From: a virus
DNA: 64,000 nt
IMG/VR virus record: IMGVR_UViG_3300023199_000127
Span: 32,001 to 96,000 of that record
Direction: 5' to 3' (one strand)
How positions within the stretch are numbered: the first letter of the stretch is position 1; each line of letters begins with the position of its first letter. Under the pieces are notes generated by a model. The model searched no databases and was not told where the DNA came from. It saw only the letters and a program-made list of their open reading frames with translations. Made by a program: the position numbers and the translations under genes. Below, in pieces: positions 19,703 to 28,680 of the stretch.

Positions 19703-20571
19703 TGGATCCTATTAAGCGCACTGCCCATGATGAGGCCTCTAAAAGAGCATCGCGTCTGACGCGGTGTCGGGTGCTAAGCTTCAACCCCAATGGTGATGGA
19801 GGACCTGTGGCTTTTGTAGTGCCGTACACCAAGTGGGACAACTGGCGCCGGGAGTATGATGATCTCGAGGCTATGCTCTCTGAGCATGGCCTCAATATCA
19901 TTGTGCGGTTCCCCGAAGGTATCAAGTTCTACGTCGACCCAGACAAGTATGATGTGGTGCTATTTCAGGAGCCCATGTTTGCTACCGAGGGGTTTCCGAA
20001 ACCTCGTGCATCTGTCAGAGCTGCTGATGCTAGAGTAGCTCGTGGTTGGACCGAGGATGATGTGAACCTGATGACTCCTCAGCTGGACGCCCCTGATAAG
20101 CATCAGGTGCGCTGGAGAGCTCAGGCCGCTGTACGCGGCCATCGCATGTTCACACAATGCGAGGATACACCCCAGTTCACCCAGCCTGGAGACTTCTGGT
20201 TTGGTCCTCTGCGGATCTCTTCAGACGGCGCCCGGTTTGAGTTCTGGGGTCAGGGACACGACCAGATCATGGCCATGTCCCGGGCAGCCATGAATTTCAC
20301 CTCGGAGGCCCTGCGATTCCCTAAGACCCGGGGATTCAACGTATCCTGGCGTGGGAGGATTGAGAACCCCATGCAGGACCTGACAGGGTCTACTGCAGTC
20401 ACTCCCTACAAGCGCTTCATTTACACTCTCTTCGACCCTGGTATCATTGTAGGGGCCGTCCAGGCCATCCGGACGTTCTTCAAGGAGCTGGAGGGCGATT
20501 CAGGGTTCAAATTTGAGCGGATCGACCGCCATGAGGTGGTCGACTATGAGGTTGAGGTACCGATCTTCTAA
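19702..20571 (+). CDS. Probable baseplate spike/hub-associated protein (289 aa)
   Basis: Position between hub and gp25-like gene. N-terminal beta-rich segment TRCRVLSFNP. Confidence 0.4.
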   Translation: MDPIKRTAHDEASKRASRLTRCRVLSFNPNGDGGPVAFVVPYTKWDNWRREYDDLEAMLSEHGLNIIVRFPEGIKFYVDPDKYDVVLFQEPMFATEGFPKPRASVRAADARVARGWTEDDVNLMTPQLDAPDKHQVRWRAQAAVRGHRMFTQCEDTPQFTQPGDFWFGPLRISSDGARFEFWGQGHDQIMAMSRAAMNFTSEALRFPKTRGFNVSWRGRIENPMQDLTGSTAVTPYKRFIYTLFDPGIIVGAVQAIRTFFKELEGDSGFKFERIDRHEVVDYEVEVPIF

Positions 20572-21005
20572 TGTCTGTCTTTCTTCTCCAGGATATCGAG
20601 ACTGATGACGCCGGCGATGTGCAGGTCCAGAACGGGGACCTGAAGCTGGCGACTCCTCGTCGTACAGCCATCCAGATGCTGGATTGGCTGTTGAAGACTG
20701 ATTTGGCTGGGTACGATGGAGCTCCCCTGGTTGCAGCCAACTTCGGTGAGTTCCTTGGAGCACCCAACATCTCTCGCACCCACAATCTCATGAAGAAGAA
20801 CGCCTACGAGGGATTGAAGCAGCAGGGTGTGTTCCCGCCTGGTGATGTGGTCATTCACATCGAGCCCGTTGATGTAGACACTGCGGCTGTGTTCGCCCAG
20901 TGCTACAGCCAGTTTGCTTTCGAGGGTGAGCCCATCACCCTTGCGTATGAGTTCCCCTACCCGGATGGTACTATCACGGCTGTGGATCTCTCGGGGGTTA
21001 GCTAA
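20571..21005 (+). CDS. gp25-like baseplate wedge/sheath initiator (144 aa)
   Basis: GDLKLA..IQMLDWLLKT..G..P..ANFGEFLGAPN pattern, size, and position directly before baseplate J. Confidence 0.75.
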   Translation: MSVFLLQDIETDDAGDVQVQNGDLKLATPRRTAIQMLDWLLKTDLAGYDGAPLVAANFGEFLGAPNISRTHNLMKKNAYEGLKQQGVFPPGDVVIHIEPVDVDTAAVFAQCYSQFAFEGEPITLAYEFPYPDGTITAVDLSGVS

Positions 21006-22153
21006 TGGTTGTCAAGACGAAGACTGTTCATGAGCTGAACGAAGTCGCCTTCCAGCGACTCGTTCAGGATACGGATATCACAGCAATCAATCCCGGCTCC
21101 ATTGCCCGGGCTCTGGTTGAGTCTGTCAACCTAGGTATCCAGGATCTGTTCGAGGGTATTGAGCTGGCAGTCAGCCAGACGTTCATCAGTCAGGCCCAAG
21201 GCTTCTACTTGGACCTCATTGGTGAGCTCTTTAACGTGAGCCGGCGCACTGACGTGCGGGCGGCTACGTTCTCGGATGATCAGCAGATCCGCTTCTACGT
21301 TCGAGATGGTGCTCTAGGCGATAGGCTGGTCCACCCCACAGATGCCACCAAGGGTAGGATCCCGAACGGTACCCAGATCCAGAACTCCGACGGTTCTATC
21401 GTCTGGACCGTCAACGGCAACCACGACTTTGATCGAACTGCCAACCAGGTATATGTGGGTGCCCAGGCCAGCACTGCTGGTGTCCAGGGCAATGTGGGCG
21501 CCAAGACGCTGACGAGCCACAATCTGGGAGTGGACGGCGTTCTGGTCGAGAATGTCGAGGGGATCCAGACGGGCGTGGATGTGGAGCCTGACGAGCTCTT
21601 CCGGGTCAGGATTCAGAACTTCGCTCAGAGCTCACAGGGCTCCAATGAGACGGCTGTTCGCCTCGCGGTGCTCCAGGCACCGGGAGTGGCCAACGTGCTC
21701 CTCACGCCCAACGTGGCCGGCTCTGGTAGCTTCCAGGTCCTGGTCATCCCTGAGGGCAATCGTGTGTCCACCAATACGCTGCTCGAGGTCTCCTCCGCTA
21801 TGAGGGCTGCAGCTGCTTACGGTATCACCGTACTGGTGACGGAGCCGGAGTATCTACCCTTCTCCATCACCATCAAGCTGTCCTATCAAGGCACAGACGC
21901 GGGCTTCGCGTCTGTGCAGGAGTTGGTTGAGGCTGAGGTACGGGACTATTTTGCCAACCTCAACCCTGGAGACCCGCTGATTATCAACCGTTTGCGCCAG
22001 CTAGTGCTGGGTGCAGACCAGAGCATCGAGGACCTCAAGATCCTCGAGCTGTGCATCGATGGCCGTCCCCAGCTGGTGCAGAACTACCAGCTGGCCAACG
22101 ATGAGCTGTTCATTCCCGACGCAAATCTAGCCGACCCCATCAGGATTGTGTAA
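21005..22153 (+). CDS. Baseplate J-like wedge protein (382 aa)
   Basis: NPGSIARALVE, AQGFYLDLIGELFNVSR and G.DVEPDELFRVRI..GSNETAVRLAVLQAPGVANV are characteristic Baseplate_J motifs. Confidence 0.9.
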   Translation: MVVKTKTVHELNEVAFQRLVQDTDITAINPGSIARALVESVNLGIQDLFEGIELAVSQTFISQAQGFYLDLIGELFNVSRRTDVRAATFSDDQQIRFYVRDGALGDRLVHPTDATKGRIPNGTQIQNSDGSIVWTVNGNHDFDRTANQVYVGAQASTAGVQGNVGAKTLTSHNLGVDGVLVENVEGIQTGVDVEPDELFRVRIQNFAQSSQGSNETAVRLAVLQAPGVANVLLTPNVAGSGSFQVLVIPEGNRVSTNTLLEVSSAMRAAAAYGITVLVTEPEYLPFSITIKLSYQGTDAGFASVQELVEAEVRDYFANLNPGDPLIINRLRQLVLGADQSIEDLKILELCIDGRPQLVQNYQLANDELFIPDANLADPIRIV

Positions 22154-22647
22154 TGCTTGAAGGCGCTTTCTTTCAGGCCAGTAACTGGCCCACGGACACC
22201 GGGGAGACGAATGGCGGATCTATTAGCGCCACCGAGCTCACTGGTGGACTCAACAATATCTTTGATCTGGCCGAATCGGACTTTGCTGGTGGTAATGCAT
22301 GGCACCGATTCCGCAAGGTGTTCTGGAAGAACACCGGGGCGTCCGACGTTACCAGCGTCCGGGTCTTCCAGCAGAACGTCAAGTATCCCGGTTACATCCG
22401 GTTTGCCGTGGAGAAGAACACGGGCGACACGTCGGAGGGAATCGAGAGCATGCCGGATGGGTACAGTACCGGTGACTTTGCTGAGGCAGCCAGTATTGGT
22501 GACGCTCTAACCAAAGTGGCAGGTGGTGCCGATGTTGCATCCGGCGAGGACTTTGGGTTCTGGATCTGGCAGCAAGTTCCGGCCGGCCTTGAGGATGCTG
22601 AACCTAATGCACCCCTCCACATTCGTATCGCAGGCGTGACTAGCTAA
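22153..22647 (+). CDS. Virion structural protein (164 aa)
   Basis: LNNIFDL..RFRKVFWKNTG beta-sandwich pattern, coupled within the baseplate operon. Confidence 0.5.
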   Translation: MLEGAFFQASNWPTDTGETNGGSISATELTGGLNNIFDLAESDFAGGNAWHRFRKVFWKNTGASDVTSVRVFQQNVKYPGYIRFAVEKNTGDTSEGIESMPDGYSTGDFAEAASIGDALTKVAGGADVASGEDFGFWIWQQVPAGLEDAEPNAPLHIRIAGVTS

Positions 22648-24398
22648 TGCTCGACTACCAGGGGCTGGATACCGGATACTCCATCGCGATCTCCGCGATT
22701 GACGAGCTGGATGCGAACTACTCGTGGTCTCCGATTAACGGATCCACTGTGCCCCTGGATGGGTCGTATGCCTACTATCGAAAGAAGGGTGTACGGTGTG
22801 AAGCCCAGGTTGGGTGGTGGTCCCACTGGACCCAGGCGATCGCCAATGGGCTCCCCCTTTGGCATGCAGGGCGCAACAATGAGTTCTGCCGTACTCAGCG
22901 CCTGATCAACATCTTTGCTCAGGAGATCGAGGAGGCAGATCGTCTTTTGCAAGAAGAGCGCAGGAACCGATTCATTGGTACTGTCGATATCTTCCAGCCG
23001 GACAAGTCCTATCGTATTCCCATCACCGTCCCCTTGCGTGATCAGCCGCAGTATTCTGAGTCCAAGAACCTGGTGGCAAATTCCGACTTCTCGATCCCTG
23101 GCCTAGCTCGTTACAACGTTCCCTGGGGATGGACAGATCGGATGACGGCTACTACCGGTCTCGTTGAGCACTACACCGCCAATGCGCTCACGGGCACTGG
23201 CTGTGTACGTATGAAGGCCGATGCTGGCGAGGTGTGTTACCTCAGGCAGCTGGTGCATAGCACCCTGGGTGCTGAGGACTGTGTCACTGCAAGCGCATGG
23301 GTCAACGTACCCGTACCGGTCGATGCGCCTCGATCGACCGACTCCGCCAAGTATGCGCTTGTGCTGACAGTCCTGTATGCGGACGGTACGACTACCACCT
23401 CGCGAGTAGCCATCCCGGCGGCTACCGCCGGCGGGTGGCGCCGTATCGAGACCACTGTCAGTTGCGACCGTCGAGTATTCCGAGCGGACGTGATGTTCGT
23501 TGTGGACAATGAAGACGGAGACAGTACCTGGGAAGTGTTTGTGGATGGCGTGCAGCTCGAGGGAGCACCTGGTGCTACTAGTTACGAGCGACCGCTCACA
23601 GAGCTTCCGCACTGGCTGGAGAACCGGAACCGTTCTCTGTTCTATCTGCAGGCTGTTGGTGCTGCGACTGAGAGAACGGTGGAGCATGAATCTGGGTACC
23701 CCCTGACCTATAGCGAGTACCAGCACACCAAGGTGTGGATCACCCAGGACAAGTTCGACTGGTGGCTACAGGCCGTACCCACTCGCACAGGTTCAATCAC
23801 CGCAACCTCCGGCTTGTCTGGTACAACCCGTACCCGCTGGGGTTTCGAGGCAGAGAGCGAGACGAAGGTTCGCAGAAATGCCGCCTTCCAGATCGGTGAC
23901 AATCAGATCCAGTATGTGGTAGAGGATACACCTGCCGATATCCTCTTCTCCCACGACATCGCCGACCATTTCATGGACGGCGCGGATACTCTTCGAGACG
24001 AGTATGGCATCTACGCAGACGATGATGAGAGCTTTTCTGTCACCATAGAGGCACTGACTGTCCATAGAAATATGCTGTGGGTGGTGGTGAAAGAGACCTT
24101 CGAGGGATCCACAATTCGTGTGCTCAAGGTGCTCAGGCCGGCCCAGAGGCCGGATGTTCTGGCGGACGACGATCAGGACAATTTCCTGGAAACCATCCAG
24201 GATTTCAGACTGGATGATGCCGATGGTACTGTGACCTCCGTGGCCTTCGTAGAGGGCAACGACGCCAAGCTGGTGATGCAGAAGGGTGACGACCAGTACT
24301 CTCTTGATCTCTACTTTGACTACGCCTTTTGGACCACAGACCTGGTCACGGCGGCTCTGTTGCGGCATAATTACTCCGCGGAATTGGTGGTCAGCTAG
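22647..24398 (+). CDS. Baseplate protein with carbohydrate-binding-module-like jelly roll (583 aa)
   Basis: NLVANSDFS..GW and VFVDGVQLEG..ATSY bracket a CBM4/9-like domain. Confidence 0.6.
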   Translation: MLDYQGLDTGYSIAISAIDELDANYSWSPINGSTVPLDGSYAYYRKKGVRCEAQVGWWSHWTQAIANGLPLWHAGRNNEFCRTQRLINIFAQEIEEADRLLQEERRNRFIGTVDIFQPDKSYRIPITVPLRDQPQYSESKNLVANSDFSIPGLARYNVPWGWTDRMTATTGLVEHYTANALTGTGCVRMKADAGEVCYLRQLVHSTLGAEDCVTASAWVNVPVPVDAPRSTDSAKYALVLTVLYADGTTTTSRVAIPAATAGGWRRIETTVSCDRRVFRADVMFVVDNEDGDSTWEVFVDGVQLEGAPGATSYERPLTELPHWLENRNRSLFYLQAVGAATERTVEHESGYPLTYSEYQHTKVWITQDKFDWWLQAVPTRTGSITATSGLSGTTRTRWGFEAESETKVRRNAAFQIGDNQIQYVVEDTPADILFSHDIADHFMDGADTLRDEYGIYADDDESFSVTIEALTVHRNMLWVVVKETFEGSTIRVLKVLRPAQRPDVLADDDQDNFLETIQDFRLDDADGTVTSVAFVEGNDAKLVMQKGDDQYSLDLYFDYAFWTTDLVTAALLRHNYSAELVVS

Positions 24399-26459
24399 AT
24401 GTCCTACGAAACACTCACCTCCAGATCTCCCTCCTTCAAGGGGGATATCACGACCTCCCTGATCGACAGGGTAGAGAACAATCCGTTCCACCCCCTGGCC
24501 GAAACGACCAGATGGCCCCTGAAGTATGACGAGTTCGTCCGCAAGACGAACGAGGCTATGGGGGCGGTCATGGTCTCAGATGAGACGGGCTCTACCGCCG
24601 ACATCCTGACTGGACAGCTCAACGCCTATCACCTACAGCACATCCCGCAGTACGGTGGGACTGTTCAGGTGTCTGACGGTACTCTGGACACGAGCCTCAC
24701 CAACTACCAGCGGGGCATCGTGTACTTCGACACGCTGCCCTCCAGTGACACCTTTGTGTTCACCTATATGGCAGAGCCTGACCGTTACTTCGGTGAGTAT
24801 CTGACGGTTCTACAGGACTCTATACACCAGCTCCAGACATTCCTTGGTGCAGGCACTGAGCAGGGCGAGGGTGTGATGAACGCCAAGCTGGTGATGGGTA
24901 CGCGCAGCGCCGGCATTGCCAGCCGACTGCCGCACTCCATGCCCCTGGATGCTCTTGACGAGGGTCTGCTGGTCCAGTCCGATCCCGGTGGTGCAGGTAA
25001 GACGCACCGCTTTGGCGGTGCTCAGGACTCTCTCGAGCTCCGAGGTCAGCGCCTGGACGTCAAGGGCGACTCCAATGACATCGACATGTTCTTTGGCGCC
25101 AACAGCGGTGATGATGCGTTCTTCGCTGGCCAGGTGGTTATCACCGGCGACGTCACCATTCTTGGTGATCTGAATGTCACTGGAGCACGGGTGATCCAGG
25201 ACGGCACCACTACGGTCAATACCGAAGTGGCTCAGCTGAAGCTTATTGCTGAGTATGAGGCAATCCTCGGTGTCTCCTCCAGCGCCATGACCTACGTGGG
25301 TGGTGGCATGGATGTCACTGGTCGGTTCCGACACATTGGTGCTGGTAACCTGGATGCTCACTTCGATCGCGATATCCAGCTGCGTGACGGCGCTATCCGC
25401 GGTGTCACGCATGAGAGCAAGATCGATGGGATGAACCCGTCGACTGTAGAGAAGTTGCGGCCGTACTATGTGAACTACGATTGGAAGGCAGCTTCCCTCA
25501 ATGCTGGGCCTCGTCAGGGTATTCTGACTGGAGTTGCCACAAACACTGGTCTGGATTTCTTGGATATCACCGGAGGCATTACCGCACTCCGCTCTGCTGA
25601 TCCCCATGATTTCGGCAACAAGTACCAGGCCGGTGATTACTTTGTGACCTTTACCAGCTTCCCCAACTCGGATGCCGAGGTTGGAAAGAGCGTCCCTGTT
25701 ACCGACATGCTCACGGGTAGTGAGCGCATTGAGCTGTCGCGCGCACTGCGCGCTTCCCCCGAGGGTGCTAGCTTCGTGGTCCATCACCGCTACGCTCTGC
25801 CCAACATCATCAGCGATGGTGGTGGGCTGAGTGTGACGATCAATGCATCAACTGCACAAAAGATCGTTGGCAACAGACAGGGTCGCATGAAGGTGCGCGA
25901 GAGCTCCACTTCAGTGCTGAGTCTACCGGATGACAGCACGGCTTACATCTTCATGAAGGTCTCTGATGGTGTTGGAGACATTGAAGAGGATGAGCCCACG
26001 TTCTTCTATCGAGAGGGTAGTCCTCTGACGGGATCGAATCCCGAGGCCTGGGTTGAGTCTGATGAAGACGTACTCATCGGCAAGGTGGTTACTGCTGGTG
26101 GTGCCATCTCCTCCATCACCCACTTCCGGTACAACTATCGGTTCGACTCCGAGTGGCTGAAGGTTGGTGGTGGTTCGCCCATCTCTGATGGCGCACAGTT
26201 CCAGATCGACCATCTGTTTGGCAATGCACTGCGCATGCAGGACGTCTGGCCGTTTTCTGTCTCTGTGACTGACTCTACCGGCGACCTCCCCAATCTCTCT
26301 ACTATCCGTGTGGGGCATCTGACTGTGTCAGCTGCCGCAGCAGCTGTGGGTGAGTTCCAGCTCATCGACATCACTCCGGAACAAGCAACCGTTGATCTGC
26401 CTACTGCTGCCAATATAGGCCTTAGCACCCCGTTCTGGGTGCGCGTGAAGATGGGCTAA
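24399..26459 (+). CDS. Tail fibre-like protein (686 aa)
   Basis: Gly/Thr/Val-rich beta repeats (VVITGDVTILGDLNVTG). Fibre-type C-terminus IGKVVTAGGAISSI..Y. Confidence 0.6.
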   Translation: MSYETLTSRSPSFKGDITTSLIDRVENNPFHPLAETTRWPLKYDEFVRKTNEAMGAVMVSDETGSTADILTGQLNAYHLQHIPQYGGTVQVSDGTLDTSLTNYQRGIVYFDTLPSSDTFVFTYMAEPDRYFGEYLTVLQDSIHQLQTFLGAGTEQGEGVMNAKLVMGTRSAGIASRLPHSMPLDALDEGLLVQSDPGGAGKTHRFGGAQDSLELRGQRLDVKGDSNDIDMFFGANSGDDAFFAGQVVITGDVTILGDLNVTGARVIQDGTTTVNTEVAQLKLIAEYEAILGVSSSAMTYVGGGMDVTGRFRHIGAGNLDAHFDRDIQLRDGAIRGVTHESKIDGMNPSTVEKLRPYYVNYDWKAASLNAGPRQGILTGVATNTGLDFLDITGGITALRSADPHDFGNKYQAGDYFVTFTSFPNSDAEVGKSVPVTDMLTGSERIELSRALRASPEGASFVVHHRYALPNIISDGGGLSVTINASTAQKIVGNRQGRMKVRESSTSVLSLPDDSTAYIFMKVSDGVGDIEEDEPTFFYREGSPLTGSNPEAWVESDEDVLIGKVVTAGGAISSITHFRYNYRFDSEWLKVGGGSPISDGAQFQIDHLFGNALRMQDVWPFSVSVTDSTGDLPNLSTIRVGHLTVSAAAAAVGEFQLIDITPEQATVDLPTAANIGLSTPFWVRVKMG

Positions 26460-27388
26460 TGATTCCCTACGGTAAAGGATCCCGGACTGACCAGGGCAAC
26501 CTGGGCAATCTGTTGCTGTCGGAGTTCCGTCCGATGTACAACACCTCTTCATCGATTGTCTATGCGTTGAACGAGCCAATGACTAGTCGTGGGGTCAAGA
26601 GTGCCTGGTACGAAGGACCGACAACCCAGTTTGACTGGCATGGGATCTACCTGGCAAATTGCCACAGCGTTGCACCCTTTACGTCAGATAGAAAGATTTC
26701 CGTGGACGTTGGCATTGGGGATGTGGGCTCAGAGACAATGATCCTGGAGTCCATTACGTTTGATTACCCCAGCCACACTCGATGCGGGATTCATATGTAC
26801 ATTCCCCTCTTTGTCCCGAAGGGGGAAACTATTCATTTCCGCATGTGTTACTACGCGGACACTACGTCTGGTGATTGCCATTTCCGTCCCATTGCTAACC
26901 ATGGTTTTATGCGCGGGATTGATGGCCAAAGAATCTTCCGTCGCAGTGAAACGATCGGTATCGACACAGTGGCAGCACCTGTGGAGGGCAATTTGTATGG
27001 AGTCCTCCTCAATCCCTCAACAGCTAATACCTGGACATCTTGGGCAGAGATCGGTACCACTACGTTTGATTGGCATGCTTTCTATCCAATGTGGGGTAGG
27101 GGATTTGATGGTCTGGATCCTAGCTCCAACCCTAGTGCAGGACCGTACAATTTCCTGTATCAGATCGGAATCGGTGGATCTCAGGATGTAATTATTGATA
27201 GTGGGTTTATCGAGATGCCCGACACTGGCACTGGTAGGTCCGACTGGATTAATGGCGACCACAAACAAAACGAGCCTCTGGAGATGTACATTCCCTCTGG
27301 CACTACCTTCTATGCAAGAATGCGTAGTAGTGTGGTTGCTGATGTTGCCTCTAGATCCAAGGATCTCAAGATCGTGGGGTTTGGTTAA
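26459..27388 (+). CDS. Two-repeat beta-sandwich protein, putative fibre-associated/receptor-binding (309 aa)
   Basis: Internal repeat WYEGPTTQFDWHGIY / WAEIGTTTFDWHAFY, and PLFVPKGETI / MYIPSGTTF. Lower GC than the flanks. Confidence 0.5.
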   Translation: MIPYGKGSRTDQGNLGNLLLSEFRPMYNTSSSIVYALNEPMTSRGVKSAWYEGPTTQFDWHGIYLANCHSVAPFTSDRKISVDVGIGDVGSETMILESITFDYPSHTRCGIHMYIPLFVPKGETIHFRMCYYADTTSGDCHFRPIANHGFMRGIDGQRIFRRSETIGIDTVAAPVEGNLYGVLLNPSTANTWTSWAEIGTTTFDWHAFYPMWGRGFDGLDPSSNPSAGPYNFLYQIGIGGSQDVIIDSGFIEMPDTGTGRSDWINGDHKQNEPLEMYIPSGTTFYARMRSSVVADVASRSKDLKIVGFG

Positions 27389-28314
27389 TGCCTGACTGGA
27401 CTCTATTCGAGCAGCGACACTACGATGCTCTATGTGGCAGTTCCCTAGCAGACTCGCGACCGAGTCTGCTAATGAATAACAATGCCGGTAATTGGGTGGA
27501 AGTCACAGCGGCGGCAAGTCGAGACTACCAGGGCATATGGATCCAGAACCCGGCAGGTAGAGACGCCGGCGGGGGTGCATTCTGGCAGGGTAATTTCTTC
27601 CTTTACCTTGCAGTGGGTGCTGCAGGTTCTGAACAAATCATTATGGACGGGATACCGTTCCATGCGACTGATAACCGTCATGGCGATGGTGGACTGCATT
27701 GGCCATGCTACATTCCTAAGGGCAGCCGCATCGCTGTTAGCTGGATGAGTGCTTCTGGCAATCCTCCGGGCGATACATACATGCAGATATATGGCTACTA
27801 TGGGGGATGGCATGCAGATAAGCCTTGGACACGTCATTTGCGCCTAGGCACTGATTGGAACGATGACCATTTCGGGAATGGAGACCCTACAAGCTACGAC
27901 CACCAACTTGGATCTCTCATTGAGCTCCCGGCTGGGGGGTCTACGGATATTGTTACTGCTGAATGGCAAGAGCTGAATATCTACGCGCCCTTCGATATTA
28001 AGCACATCATCCCTGTTGGTATGCCCTCTCGCAGCACTGTGAATGAGATTGGTGATGGATTGGGTGCGGCGAACAGTGCTAATTTCTACTACTTCGAGAT
28101 TGGGCACGGCGCCGTTGGTTCTGAAGTTGGTGTTACGAGCCAGCTACACAAAACGGTCCACATTGCTAGCTCCTGGAATACAGAAGCTCCCTTTGTGCAT
28201 CCGGGCATGCCGTGCTATATTCCTAGGGGTAGTAGGATTGTGGCCCGGGGCGTGACAAACAACTCCGATGGGTCAGACAATGGAATGAGCGTATTCATGT
28301 ACGCTTTTGGTTAG
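27388..28314 (+). CDS. Paralogous two-repeat beta-sandwich protein (308 aa)
   Basis: PCYIPKGSRI / PCYIPRGSRI repeats. Ends YAFG, as the upstream paralog ends VGFG. Confidence 0.5.
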   Translation: MPDWTLFEQRHYDALCGSSLADSRPSLLMNNNAGNWVEVTAAASRDYQGIWIQNPAGRDAGGGAFWQGNFFLYLAVGAAGSEQIIMDGIPFHATDNRHGDGGLHWPCYIPKGSRIAVSWMSASGNPPGDTYMQIYGYYGGWHADKPWTRHLRLGTDWNDDHFGNGDPTSYDHQLGSLIELPAGGSTDIVTAEWQELNIYAPFDIKHIIPVGMPSRSTVNEIGDGLGAANSANFYYFEIGHGAVGSEVGVTSQLHKTVHIASSWNTEAPFVHPGMPCYIPRGSRIVARGVTNNSDGSDNGMSVFMYAFG

Positions 28315-28323
28315 GAGCAACTG

Positions 28324-28680
28324 ATGGCTACCGAGCATGCACAGGCAACCCTTTCTGCCGACGGCACCGAGCAGAATATTGGAGCTGCCATCTCTACAGC
28401 AGGAACCTTCCTGCTGTACGTGAATCTGGACAACCTTGCCAATGGTGACATCATCGAGCTCCGTGCCAAGGTTAAGCTCACCAGTGGCGGGGACTACATT
28501 ACGTTGTTCAGCCGCAGCTATGCCAATAACCATGGTGACCCGGATGACTCCGAGGTACTCCAAGTCTCTGTGCCCATTACCCATATCCATGGCATGAAGT
28601 TCACGCTTCACCAGGTGGCTGGGTCGAACAGGGATTTCCCCTACCAGATCATCCAGATCGACGCAGCTACGGAGTCGTAA
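28324..28680 (+). CDS. Small virion structural protein (118 aa)
   Basis: AGGAG SD. All-beta pattern ending FTLHQVAGSNRDFPY. Confidence 0.55.
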   Translation: MATEHAQATLSADGTEQNIGAAISTAGTFLLYVNLDNLANGDIIELRAKVKLTSGGDYITLFSRSYANNHGDPDDSEVLQVSVPITHIHGMKFTLHQVAGSNRDFPYQIIQIDAATES

